Source of the DNA: Candidatus Hydrogenedentes bacterium UBA2224
GTDB taxonomy: Bacteria; Hydrogenedentota; Hydrogenedentia; Hydrogenedentales; SLHB01
Length of the DNA stretch: 64,000 nt
Assembly (NCBI GenBank): GCA_002348185.1
Contig: DDYW01000181.1
Location: forward strand, 3,153-67,152
Direction: 5' to 3'
Part shown: positions 46,926 to 56,209 of the stretch, in pieces
Layout: the number at the start of each line of letters is the position of its first letter
Numbering within the stretch: the stretch's first letter is position 1
Notes under the pieces: generated by a model
Told to the model about the DNA's origin: nothing
The model's database searches: none
The model's input: only the letters and a program-made list of their open reading frames with translations
Translations under genes and position numbers: made by a program

Positions 46926-47435
46926 ATGAACGAGAATCCCGGGGCAGCCCGAGCCCGGACCCGGGCATCGCCGTCCCCACCAGCCGCCCGAGGTGGGCAG
47001 TACCTCACATTCGCGTTGGGAACGGTGGAGTGCGCCATCGGGATTCTGAACGTGCAGGACATCGTCGGCATGATGCCCGTCACGCTCCGGTCCGGCGCCC
47101 CCGGTTTTATCAAGGGGAATATCACGCCGCGGGGAAACGCCATCCCGCTTGTCGATCTGCGCGCCCGTCTCGCCCTCCCTCCGCAGGAAGAAACCGAGAA
47201 CACATGCATCATCGTGGTCCAGACCCTCGGGCACGGCCGCACCGTCACCACGGGGCTCCTGGTCGATCTGGTTCGTGAAGTCTCCGAGATTCCGGAGGAA
47301 CAATTGCTGTCGCCTCCAGACACAGGCGCTCCCATCGACGGTGACTTCATCCTGGCGAGGGCCAATCTCGGCGGCACGCCCTTGCTGGTGCTGGACATCG
47401 AACGCGTGCTCGAACCCGACTGCTCCCGGCCGTAA
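46926..47435 (+). CDS. cheW: chemotaxis coupling protein CheW
   Basis: GGGGGAGG RBS. QYLTFALGTVECAIGILNVQDIV...PGFIKGNITPRGNAIPLVDLR...TGLLVDLVREV...LLVLDIERVL is a typical CheW domain. No other che genes occur in the window. Confidence 0.85.
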   Translation: MNENPGAARARTRASPSPPAARGGQYLTFALGTVECAIGILNVQDIVGMMPVTLRSGAPGFIKGNITPRGNAIPLVDLRARLALPPQEETENTCIIVVQTLGHGRTVTTGLLVDLVREVSEIPEEQLLSPPDTGAPIDGDFILARANLGGTPLLVLDIERVLEPDCSRP

Positions 47436-47701
47436 GAAACCACCCCGCTCGACTTTACCCCTGTGGGAAAGGAAGCCGGGGCCGAACGCTGGGGAGGACG
47501 TTCGACCCCGCGGCGCAGAGGAAAAGGGTGTCTCCGGCGATCGTGCTCGTCCGATTTTCGCTCTCTGTCTTTAATCTTAACGCATTTCCGTCCGATGGGT
47601 TGACACCTCGGGGGTCTTCCTGTCCTTTTGTATTTGAAGGCGCTCGATCCCCTGAGTAGACTTACGGCAAGACTGTCCCCCCAAAGAAGGAGTGGGTTCC
47701 C

Positions 47702-48727
47702 ATGCCAAAAGACAAGATCTATGCCGCGGCAACCCTTGGTGCGGGTTCTATTGCACAGCACTGCCACATGCCGGGATATGCCAAGAGCCCCCATACCCAA
47801 CTGGTAGCATTTGCCGACCCCGCTCCGGCCCGGCACCGGGAGATCAAGAAACTCTACCCCACCGCTCGGGGATACAAGACCCATGAAGAGATGTTTGCCA
47901 ACGAACGGCTGGATGTCGTGAGCATCTGCACACCCAACAAGTACCATGCCGAAGGCGTGTTTGCCGCGCTCGCCGCGGGGTGCGATGTGCTCTGCGAAAA
48001 GCCCATGGCTACCCGGCTCGGCGACGCCCGCAAGATGTTCGCGGCGGCGCGGAAAGCCCGCAAGAAACTTATGATCGGATTCACCCACCGGACGATGGCG
48101 GGCAGCAAAAAGTGCAAGGAACTTCTCGCCAGACGCGCGCTGGGGAAACCGTTCATGATCCGCCTCCGCTACGCGCACGGGGGGCCGTTTCCCGGATGGG
48201 CCAAAGACGACTGGTTCTACAGCCAGGACCTCGCCGCCGGCGGCGCCATGCTCGATATGGGCATTCACGCCATCGATCTCGCGCTCTGGCTGATGGGCCC
48301 GGTTAAGACGGTCACGGCCAGGACCGCCACGATCATCAAGCGGATCGAGGTAGACGACAACGCCATACTCGTCCTCGAATTCGCCAGTGGCGCGCTCGGC
48401 TACATCGAAGTCGGCTGGACCAGCAAGCCCGGTTTCACGGGATTCGAAATATACGGCACACAGGGCTCGATCATCTGCGACTACAACAAAGGCCTTCAGA
48501 TCTGCGGAGGCAAGGCGTCGGCAGGTGAGGACAGCGTGCTGGAGTGGCAGATGCTGGATCCCGAGCCCGCCCGGGGCGGCTGGCCGGCCGAGATGGTCGA
48601 GTGGATTGACATCGTGCGCGGCAAACAGCGCCTCACGATGACGGGCCAGGACGGCATTAACGCGCTGGCCGTTGCGCTGGCGGCGTATTCGTCGAGCACG
48701 AGCGGACGCCGCGTGGCGTTGGCCTGA
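47702..48727 (+). CDS. Gfo/Idh/MocA-family NAD(P)-dependent oxidoreductase
   Basis: AAGGAG RBS, N-terminal Rossmann LGAGSIAQ, and the EKPMA motif (LCEKPMATRL). The length is 341 aa. Confidence 0.85.
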   Translation: MPKDKIYAAATLGAGSIAQHCHMPGYAKSPHTQLVAFADPAPARHREIKKLYPTARGYKTHEEMFANERLDVVSICTPNKYHAEGVFAALAAGCDVLCEKPMATRLGDARKMFAAARKARKKLMIGFTHRTMAGSKKCKELLARRALGKPFMIRLRYAHGGPFPGWAKDDWFYSQDLAAGGAMLDMGIHAIDLALWLMGPVKTVTARTATIIKRIEVDDNAILVLEFASGALGYIEVGWTSKPGFTGFEIYGTQGSIICDYNKGLQICGGKASAGEDSVLEWQMLDPEPARGGWPAEMVEWIDIVRGKQRLTMTGQDGINALAVALAAYSSSTSGRRVALA

Positions 48728-48773
48728 CAGGCGGCCCCCGCGCGCCGCACCCATAACAACTACGGAGACCCGC

Positions 48774-51134
48774 ATGAGCGTTAAGCCAACATGGAACGGT
48801 GTGATTCTGCTGCTCGCCCTGGCAATCTGTGGCTGTCAGACCAGCCCGGTGTACCGGCCGGGACAGGAATACCGCACGATCAACGCCGCCGAGTACGAGA
48901 TCGCCGTCCAGAAGAACGGCCGCGTGGATGTGCTGCTGCGGTCGGGCCAGATCGTTCTGGCCAACGCCCAGCCAATGGTGTGGTACGCGGAGGAAGAGGC
49001 CCCCGAACTGCTTCCGGTCCTGGGCCGTTTGACCGTCCGCGAACAGGTCAACGACCGCCTGGGCCAGGGCCAGGGCATGCTGTTCAAACAGAAGGAATGC
49101 GAATGGGCCATCCGCGTGTATCCCGATAAGCCCTTCTTTACGTGCCAGGTGGCCTATGTAAACAACGGAAAGAAACCCGTAAAGATCCGCGCGCTGACCC
49201 CGTGGTTCGTGGGAGAGGAGACGAACGGGCTGGTTTCTCTGGGCACGGAGCCCGAATCGACCGTCATTCTCCAGAATCCCTCGCCGTTCGCGGGACCGCC
49301 CCAGATGTCTGCCGTCACCCGGGGCGCGGGCGAGAGCCTCTGGTACCTGGCCGGATTTAACCCGGCCTCCCGCCAATCCCTCATTGCGGGATTTGTCACG
49401 TCCGACACGGGCTACGGCTCGGTCCTGCTGGGAAGGACGGAGAATCCCAAGGCCTCGGCCTTGAATCAGTTCAGCGCCACCTGCTACTACGATCCTCCCG
49501 TCGAAGTGCTTCCCGGCGGAAAAGTGCAGTCCGAGGTGCTGTATATCTCCGTGGCGGAGAAAACCCCTCTGGAAGGCCTCGAACGCTACGGACACGCGGT
49601 CGCCGCCGTCAACGAAGTGCCCCTCCGCAAGCCTCCGCTGCCCCACGGAACCGCCGCGCTTTCAAAGACCCGCGGTCAATTGTCCGAGCAGGCGGTGCTC
49701 GAGGAGATGGCCGTGCTCGAAGCGGATCTCCTGAGATACGGATGGAACAATGTCGCCATCGGCGACGGTTGGGAGACTGCCCCGGGCGTCTGGGAACCGG
49801 ACCCGTCGGCGTTTCCCCGGGGCTTTGCGCCGCTGGTCCAGGAGATCCACGCCCGCGGAATGACCGCGAGCCTGTTTGTGGACCCGTTTGTCGTGCCGGC
49901 CGATTCGCCCCTCGCCTCCACCCATCCCGACTGGCTCGCGCCGGTCGCGAGCTGGGCCGCGCCCCTCCTGCCGGAGAACGCCCGCATCCTCGACATCACG
50001 GTGCCGGAGGCCGACGCCTACGTTCGCGATCTCTTTCAGAAGGTGGGCACCCTGTGGGGCTTCGACTCGATCGAGGGCGTCAATCTCTCGCGTGGCATTC
50101 TTGCCGCTGAGTCCTTCACGAACGCCTCATTGACCCGGACGGATGTCCTTCGCCTGGCGATATCGGCCATTGACCAGGGCCTGGGGGCGGGAAAAGGCAT
50201 TGCGGCCGCCGGCGCCCAGTCCGCATTGCACGTGCGCGCCGACGCTGCGGGCCCACTGAACGAAGTCGCGCCGGTATGGGAAGGAAACGTGGAACATCCC
50301 GGCTGCCGGGAGATCCTTCACGCCACGGCCCTGCGCTATTTCTTCTCGCCGTATCTGTACACACCGTGGATGGGACCCGCCTACTTCGAAACGCCTGGGC
50401 TGGCCTCCGGCTGGCCCGAACTCGAGCGTGCTCCGCTTACCACCGGGCAGAGTCTCGCGTGGCTCACCGGAATGGCCCTCAACGGCGGCGTCATGAAAAT
50501 CGGCAACCGGTTTACCGAGCTCAACGCGGACCAGAAGACCATCCTCAGCAAACTTCTGCCGGTTTTTCCGTGGACGGCACGGCCCCTCGACCTGTTTGAG
50601 AGCAGTCCGCCAAATGTGTGGTCTGCGCAACTGCGCACAAACGCCGGCGACTGGCATTACGCCGCGGTATTCAACTGGTCGTCGACGGAGCAGCCCGCAA
50701 TCACCCTCTACCTGGCCGAATTCGGCATGAACCCGCAGAGCATCTATACGGTGTACGATTACTGGAACGACCAGTTCCATGGGCTCGCCCAGGGACAGCT
50801 CAACGTGCAGGTGCCGCCCGGCAGCGTCCGCCTCCTGGGTTTTCGCTTGTACGAGAACCGGCCGCTTCTGGTTGCCTCGACCACCCATTTCACGCAGGGC
50901 GCCCTCGAAACGACCGCGCTGGAATGGGATGCGGCGAAGCGTGAACTCCGCGGGGAGATCAAAGCCATCCCGAACACCGACTACGGACTGCGCATCCTGG
51001 TGCCGGAATCGTTTGCCGTTTCTGAGGCCGCGGTATCGGGAGTCCACCCCGTTCTGACCCAGAACGGGCAACTACTCGAGATGAACTTTCATCACGACAC
51101 CAGCCCGGATTTCCGCTGGTACGTCAGGTTTTAG
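48774..51134 (+). CDS. lipoprotein, GH-D (GH36/GH27 melibiase-like) glycoside hydrolase
   Basis: The ATG at 48774 follows GGAG. The signal/lipobox-like sequence is VILLLALAICGCQ. The catalytic-barrel region reads YGWNNVAIGDGWE...FPRGFAPLVQEIHARGMTASLFVDPF...WGFDSIEGV. Confidence 0.65.
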   Translation: MSVKPTWNGVILLLALAICGCQTSPVYRPGQEYRTINAAEYEIAVQKNGRVDVLLRSGQIVLANAQPMVWYAEEEAPELLPVLGRLTVREQVNDRLGQGQGMLFKQKECEWAIRVYPDKPFFTCQVAYVNNGKKPVKIRALTPWFVGEETNGLVSLGTEPESTVILQNPSPFAGPPQMSAVTRGAGESLWYLAGFNPASRQSLIAGFVTSDTGYGSVLLGRTENPKASALNQFSATCYYDPPVEVLPGGKVQSEVLYISVAEKTPLEGLERYGHAVAAVNEVPLRKPPLPHGTAALSKTRGQLSEQAVLEEMAVLEADLLRYGWNNVAIGDGWETAPGVWEPDPSAFPRGFAPLVQEIHARGMTASLFVDPFVVPADSPLASTHPDWLAPVASWAAPLLPENARILDITVPEADAYVRDLFQKVGTLWGFDSIEGVNLSRGILAAESFTNASLTRTDVLRLAISAIDQGLGAGKGIAAAGAQSALHVRADAAGPLNEVAPVWEGNVEHPGCREILHATALRYFFSPYLYTPWMGPAYFETPGLASGWPELERAPLTTGQSLAWLTGMALNGGVMKIGNRFTELNADQKTILSKLLPVFPWTARPLDLFESSPPNVWSAQLRTNAGDWHYAAVFNWSSTEQPAITLYLAEFGMNPQSIYTVYDYWNDQFHGLAQGQLNVQVPPGSVRLLGFRLYENRPLLVASTTHFTQGALETTALEWDAAKRELRGEIKAIPNTDYGLRILVPESFAVSEAAVSGVHPVLTQNGQLLEMNFHHDTSPDFRWYVRF

Positions 51135-51216
51135 CAGCCGGACCAGCGCCCCCCAGGTCGTGCACCTGCGGCGCCTGAGAGGACGTCTTCCAGCCCATCC
51201 GCTCGGCTGCATGATC

Positions 51217-51648
51217 TCAACGGCTGCGGCTGGGGTCAAAGGCCGGGACGGAGCATTTTTTCGCGGCCTTCGCGAGGGAGGCGTCCAGTGTCGCAAGAGG
51301 AAGACCATGCGCCATGGCGAGATCCAGGTATGAGGCGTCATAGGTTGAGAGCCCGTGTTCCCGTGCGAGCGAGACGATCTCCTTGAGCATCCGTTCGGGG
51401 GATTCCTGCTCCACGGTGATGGGCAAGCCGCCCAAAAGGGCGAGAAAGCGGACGACGGCGGCCTGAGTGAGGCGTTTTTTTCTTTCCGCCACCAGCAGGA
51501 CATTGCCCACTTCGAGCGGCCAGATGGCGGGCACGAAGGCCTCCGCGGTTTCCAGGCTCTCGAGGACAGCCTCCGCATAGCGGCTGCCCTCGTCCTCGAA
51601 ACACCACGACAGGACGACGGAATTGTCGACCACGAACCGTGCAGCCAT
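51217..51648 (-). CDS. vapC: PIN-domain toxin (VapC-like)
   Basis: FVVDNSVVLSW...PLEVGNVL...TYDASYLDLA supplies the conserved acidic PIN residues. The 143-aa gene has a start overlapping the antitoxin stop (TGATG). Confidence 0.85.
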   Translation of the reverse strand: MAARFVVDNSVVLSWCFEDEGSRYAEAVLESLETAEAFVPAIWPLEVGNVLLVAERKKRLTQAAVVRFLALLGGLPITVEQESPERMLKEIVSLAREHGLSTYDASYLDLAMAHGLPLATLDASLAKAAKKCSVPAFDPSRSR

Positions 51649-51887
51649 CAGCGCCTTCCTTCCTCGAGCATGTCGCGGATGGAAAGCCCCTCGAGGCGCT
51701 GGCCGCTCCGAAACCGTTTCACTTGCTCGATTACGTCGCGCACGGGCGCCTTTTTTACGGAATCGGCGGGTTGCAGGGTGGCCACAGGCACGCCGTGTCT
51801 GGTGATCGTGATGCGCTCACCCTTGGCGACACGCTCCAGAAGCTGGGGCAGATGAGTTTTCGCTTCGTAGGCTCCAACCGTATCCAT
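51648..51887 (-). CDS. Phd/YefM-type antitoxin
   Basis: The ATG at 51887 follows GGAGGTG. MDTVGAYEAKTHLPQLLERVAKGERITITRHGVPVATLQP is the classic Phd/YefM N-terminal fold. Confidence 0.85.
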   Translation of the reverse strand: MDTVGAYEAKTHLPQLLERVAKGERITITRHGVPVATLQPADSVKKAPVRDVIEQVKRFRSGQRLEGLSIRDMLEEGRR

Positions 51888-51902
51888 ACCGCACCTCCAC
51901 TT

Positions 51903-51947
51903 CAACCAGTCTGCAACCAGTCTAAATCATGCCGTCACGAAAAGCAA
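51903..51947 (-). promoter_or_regulatory. TA-operon promoter with tandem direct-repeat operator
   Basis: On the minus strand: TTGCTT (51947-51942), 17-nt spacer, TAGACT (51924-51919). The 10-mer AGACTGGTTG occurs twice in tandem (plus-strand CAACCAGTCT at 51903-51912 and 51914-51923), overlapping the -10 element and the predicted transcription start site. Confidence 0.5.
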
Positions 51948-52111
51948 GCGGATTTTCCGGGACGTGGCTCACGGAATCCCTTCGAAATCCCCCCGCAGGC
52001 ACTGCATCCCGAACGTCGAGGCGTGCTTGAGCGCCGTTGCCGCTGGTACGTCAGATTCTGAGCGCGGGTGCCTCTTTCCGGAAGCCCGGGCAGCAGATCG
52101 GAACCCGCCCG

Positions 52112-54619
52112 CTAGCGAATGACCACCTCACCGGGTTGGGTCGGAACGGCGGGGGCGTCATCGCCCAGCTTTTGCCTGCGCTGGGAAAGTTCTTCTTGCG
52201 GAGCATTGCGTTTCTCCGCTTCTGCGAGGTACTGCCGGGCGGCCAAAGCGTTGTTCTGGGCCATTGCCAGATCACAGAGAGCGAGCCAGGGGGCAGACTC
52301 GCCGGGATACTCCTCTGTCGCGCGGGTAAGGTAATCGTGCGCGCGTTTCGCGTCGCGCAGCCTCAGCGAGGCAGCGCCCAGAGCCACCAGCGGCATCCGC
52401 ACCCCCGCCATACCGGCTGCAGGCGACAGAAGGTATCGTTCCGCGGCCGCCCAGTCACCTCGCCCGACGCACATACTCGCCAACTGGGTCCACTGTTCCG
52501 CCTGTTCGCGATCGGGAACGGGCGGAACGGGCCATTCGGACAGAAACGCCTCGTCCTGCCCCATCCAGGCGCGCACATACCCAAGGAAGATCCACGCCAT
52601 CGCGGCCGAGCTCCCCCCCTCGCGCCGCATCACTTCATCGAGCAGATACGCCGCCCGGAGCGGTCTGTTTTGGATAAGCAGCGACTGCACCCTGAGGAGC
52701 TGCGCAGCCTCACTCCCCGGCTGACTCACCTCCCATTCGCGTTCCTGCTCCTCGAGCAGGCGGAGCCGCTGCGTCACCCCCTGCACCTCGTTCAGTTGCT
52801 CACTCATCCAGCCGGGAGCGTCCTGCGCGTTTTCCAGAGCGGCCGAAAACGCCTGTGCGGCCTCCTCCAAGCGCCCGGCTTGCGCCAGGGCGGCTCCGTA
52901 AGCGGGCAGGATTTCAGGCGGAAGCTCGCCAAGCCCGCGCGCATACTCGTAGTATTCCAACGAACGCAAGAGCACGGTACGGTCGGCGGCGGCCGCGTTT
53001 CGGGCCTGCAGCACCTGCGCCGCCTCCAGCGCGCATCCCTGGTTCGTGTCGTCCATTCGCAACGAAGCCAGCAGGGCCTTCAGGGCCGCGTCCTGGTCGC
53101 CCAATCGTCTGTGGGCCATGCCCAGGTGATACAGCGATTCGGCGGACAGGCGGTCCTCGGGCAGCGCGCTCAGGATTTCCCGGCCTTGCCGGAAATGTTC
53201 CTCGGCATCGCCGCGAATCTCGGATGCCGACGAATCGTATCCACTCTCCTCCAGGACCGCCGCGTCAGCCAGTTGCCGCGAAGCGGTGGTGAGGTACGCC
53301 ATTCCCAGGCGTTCCGCCGGGGCCGTTTCCCCTGGGGCCCTGCGTACGGCATCACGCCACAGCGCGATTTCGTTCTGCCAGGTCGTCACACGAACGAACG
53401 CCGCAATGCCGGAGACCAGCAGCAGTCCCGCGCACGCCAGCCCGCAAGCCGTGCGTATCCCGGGAGTCCGGGGCAGCCTCGAGAACGCCCAGGGCACAAC
53501 CCATACCAGACCGGCCAGAGGCAGATACAGGGCCCGGTCCGCCACGGCGTTCGCGGCGTCCCCCACGGTGGCCACAGCCACCAGGGCGATACCAAACCAC
53601 GCGAACGCCGCACCGGGAACACTTCCCCGGAGCGCCGCGGCAGCCGCCCCTCCTGTCGCAACAATCACCACCAGCGCAAACACGGCGCCCGGAAGCACCA
53701 TAGATGCCGGAAGCGAGGGCGCGACGCGCAATCCCACCGGCCAGACCGCCCTAAGGGCCGCATCGCCCGCGCCGATCACCGCGGAGCCAAGTTCCTCCGG
53801 CAGAGTCTCCTGGCCTGGAGCGCCGGCCCACACGCCCACCAGGAGTACGGCCAGGACCGCAAAGTAGCAGACGAGAGGCCCCACCCGTCTGCCGGAAAAC
53901 CCTGGTCCTCGCACAAGGACGTCGACCACCACAACCAGAAGCGGAACACACCACGCGCCGCGGCAGGCGCCGAAAGCGCACGCATAGGCCAGCAGCGCCA
54001 GCCCCAGCATTCCCCAGCGCGGGGTGGCCCGGTCGCCGGTCGCGCTTACAAACAGAAGGACCGAGGTCAGGGCACAGAAGGCGCCCAGCAACTGAGCGCG
54101 TCCGGCCAGACTGGCCACCGCCTCGACATTGACCGGGTGAAGAACAAAGAAGAGCCCCGACAGCATCGCGACCGCCTCGGGCAAGCGTCGTTCGAACACG
54201 CGGCGGCACACGAGGTATACCAGCACGCCGTTGAGGAGGTGCAGCAGCAGGTTCACGGCGCGGATTCCCGCGGAGCTGCCTCCCGTGAGGGTCCTGTTTA
54301 CGGCCAGACTGAACAGCGTCAGCGGTTCGGGAGCCCCCGGTCTGATGGCCTCGGTCCACCGGGCGGTCGGGGGTGGGGCTCCCCCGTTGCCAAACAGTTC
54401 CCGATCGATTGCGTGAAACGGGATGTTCAGCACGCCGGAAAACACGATGAGCCCCGCAAGAACAACCAGGAAACCCGCCGCCCACGCCATAGCCTGGTCG
54501 AGCCCCACATTCCCCTTCAAAACCGGCTGGGCGAGTTGCTCGTCGAGTTCTGCATTCCCCGTGCTCTCGGTCGGACACTCTACCGGCTCAGCGGTCTGCT
54601 CGTGTGATTCTTCCGCCAC
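52112..54619 (-). CDS. TMTC/PMT_2-like polytopic membrane protein with C-terminal TPR array
   Basis: The GTG start follows GAGAGGA. About 11 TM segments, with NLLLHLLNGVLVYLVCRRVF as in TMTC/DUF1736 proteins. About 450 aa of TPR-like repeats follow (HLGMAHRRLGDQDAALKAL, etc.). Confidence 0.65.
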   Translation of the reverse strand: MAEESHEQTAEPVECPTESTGNAELDEQLAQPVLKGNVGLDQAMAWAAGFLVVLAGLIVFSGVLNIPFHAIDRELFGNGGAPPPTARWTEAIRPGAPEPLTLFSLAVNRTLTGGSSAGIRAVNLLLHLLNGVLVYLVCRRVFERRLPEAVAMLSGLFFVLHPVNVEAVASLAGRAQLLGAFCALTSVLLFVSATGDRATPRWGMLGLALLAYACAFGACRGAWCVPLLVVVVDVLVRGPGFSGRRVGPLVCYFAVLAVLLVGVWAGAPGQETLPEELGSAVIGAGDAALRAVWPVGLRVAPSLPASMVLPGAVFALVVIVATGGAAAAALRGSVPGAAFAWFGIALVAVATVGDAANAVADRALYLPLAGLVWVVPWAFSRLPRTPGIRTACGLACAGLLLVSGIAAFVRVTTWQNEIALWRDAVRRAPGETAPAERLGMAYLTTASRQLADAAVLEESGYDSSASEIRGDAEEHFRQGREILSALPEDRLSAESLYHLGMAHRRLGDQDAALKALLASLRMDDTNQGCALEAAQVLQARNAAAADRTVLLRSLEYYEYARGLGELPPEILPAYGAALAQAGRLEEAAQAFSAALENAQDAPGWMSEQLNEVQGVTQRLRLLEEQEREWEVSQPGSEAAQLLRVQSLLIQNRPLRAAYLLDEVMRREGGSSAAMAWIFLGYVRAWMGQDEAFLSEWPVPPVPDREQAEQWTQLASMCVGRGDWAAAERYLLSPAAGMAGVRMPLVALGAASLRLRDAKRAHDYLTRATEEYPGESAPWLALCDLAMAQNNALAARQYLAEAEKRNAPQEELSQRRQKLGDDAPAVPTQPGEVVIR

Positions 54620-54720
54620 GCGTGATTCCTCTCGGGCGCTGTCGAACTCCTTCCGTTACGAAGAAGTCCAATCATAGCACGCGCGAAAGACGGTTTAAAA
54701 AACAGCGCGCTCGCGCGGCC

Positions 54721-56208
54721 TCATCCCGGCCGCCGCCGTCCATGCATCCGCGCCAGCCCGGCGGCCGCAAGAATCGCCCCCCCAGCGCCCAGCGCGTACA
54801 TTCCCCAGTATCGCGCCGGCCGGGCCGCTGGGAGTTCCAGATAGAGCGTTGCCCAGCCTTCCGAGGGTCCCGCCCCGGCCGCCGGCTGCATGGTCCAGCC
54901 GCCTGCGTGTGCCACGGTGTCACGGTGAAGCGCGAGCGCCCGTGTTTCACCGGCCTGTTCGATTTCCAGCGTGTAGACGGGGGTGAGTTCTTCAAACCGC
55001 GGCTGGAACTCGACAGCACAGCCGGGCAGCATGACCACCTCGCCCTGCCGAAACCGCAGGATACGGTTCTCCCCCTCAAGCACGGCCTCCTGCAGCGGAG
55101 AATCTTCCCGCCGGAGATATACCGCCGATTCCAGAACCTGATCCAGGCGGAACGTGTACGGGAGCGAGCCCAGGCGTACGATTTCCCCGGTCGTAAGCAG
55201 GCCGCCGCCCGTTTCTTTACCGTCCCGGTAGAGTTGAAACCGCATGGCGCCGGCATCCCAGGCAAAGCCCAACACCACATACGGCGCCAGCGCGGGATAG
55301 GAAAAATGCAGCAGGCCATCCTCGGAGGCGCTGTTCGCGGCAACCCAGACGTCCTCAACGGCCCCGTCGCGCAGGACTTTGAAGCAAATCGCCGGACCGT
55401 CCGGGCCTCCGCCGGCTGCGCCGTTCCGGACTTCGGAGAGGACCACCGCGGTCCCGTCCGCGAGTTCGAGACCGCTGCCGATTAGAAACGAATCAAACCA
55501 GTTCATCACGCCGTGTTCCTGGACTCCCCAGCGCGCGGAGGCCAGCCCGGGCATGCCCTGCGCGGAGGTTTGCAGCGCTTCCTCTTCGGAGCCCACCCAG
55601 AGAAACCGAAATACCAGGTCCGCGTCCAGCCTCAACCAGTCGCCGTGCTGCGCGACGATGTCCTCGGTCCAGGGGCCGTCCATCCGGCGTAACGCCACGA
55701 CCGCCAGCGGCGTGCCGCCCGATTCGGGCGGTTCGGGAAGAATGCCTCCCCAGGAACGAATCTCCCGCATGGCGAACGTCTGTTCGGCAATGAGCACGGC
55801 TTCACCGGCTTCGAACGGAACCAGGCGCTCGCCTGTGCCATCGGATAGTCTCAGGCGCGCAGGAGTGCTCTCGCCCGTCTCGTATTTGATCGCCTTCAGG
55901 GTGACTGCAAAGGGCAGTAGCACGGTCTCATAGGCCTGCTGGAGGTTGGCGAGACGCGGAGGCGCATCCGGGAAAAGCGTCATCACGTCCTGTCCGGCCA
56001 GTGGCACAATCTCGAGCGGGCTCCCGTCCGGGCCCTCGGTCTCCGGAGAAGCGGGCCGCACAACAAGCTGCGACGGGGATTCCAGAGGCAGCCACAGTTC
56101 GCCGAAAAACCACGGTGCAGCGGGCGCACCGGAGGAACCGCCAAGAAACAGCGCTGCCCCTGTCACGAGGAACACGGTTCCTATGGCGAACCCTGCGCGG
56201 CACGCCAT
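54721..56208 (-). CDS. bitopic periplasmic protein of unknown function coupled to the RND pump
   Basis: The ATG at 56208 lies 1 nt after the RND stop (TGAcATG). It has an N-terminal TM (FAIGTVFLVTGAALFLGG) and a C-terminal TM (YWGMYALGAGGAILAAAGLA). The ~440-aa middle contains two similar segments, LPFAVTLKAIKYE and LPYTFRLDQVLES. Confidence 0.55.
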   Translation of the reverse strand: MACRAGFAIGTVFLVTGAALFLGGSSGAPAAPWFFGELWLPLESPSQLVVRPASPETEGPDGSPLEIVPLAGQDVMTLFPDAPPRLANLQQAYETVLLPFAVTLKAIKYETGESTPARLRLSDGTGERLVPFEAGEAVLIAEQTFAMREIRSWGGILPEPPESGGTPLAVVALRRMDGPWTEDIVAQHGDWLRLDADLVFRFLWVGSEEEALQTSAQGMPGLASARWGVQEHGVMNWFDSFLIGSGLELADGTAVVLSEVRNGAAGGGPDGPAICFKVLRDGAVEDVWVAANSASEDGLLHFSYPALAPYVVLGFAWDAGAMRFQLYRDGKETGGGLLTTGEIVRLGSLPYTFRLDQVLESAVYLRREDSPLQEAVLEGENRILRFRQGEVVMLPGCAVEFQPRFEELTPVYTLEIEQAGETRALALHRDTVAHAGGWTMQPAAGAGPSEGWATLYLELPAARPARYWGMYALGAGGAILAAAGLARMHGRRRPG

Positions 56209-56209
56209 G

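Noticed and set aside
46838-48775. 645-aa minus-strand ORF spanning cheW and the oxidoreductase
   Set aside because: It is antisense to two well-supported genes with good RBSs, and its composition is junk.
52037-54607. 856-aa plus-strand ORF
   Set aside because: It is antisense to the TMTC-like gene. The product is extremely Arg/Gly/Pro/Gln-rich with no hydrophobic core.
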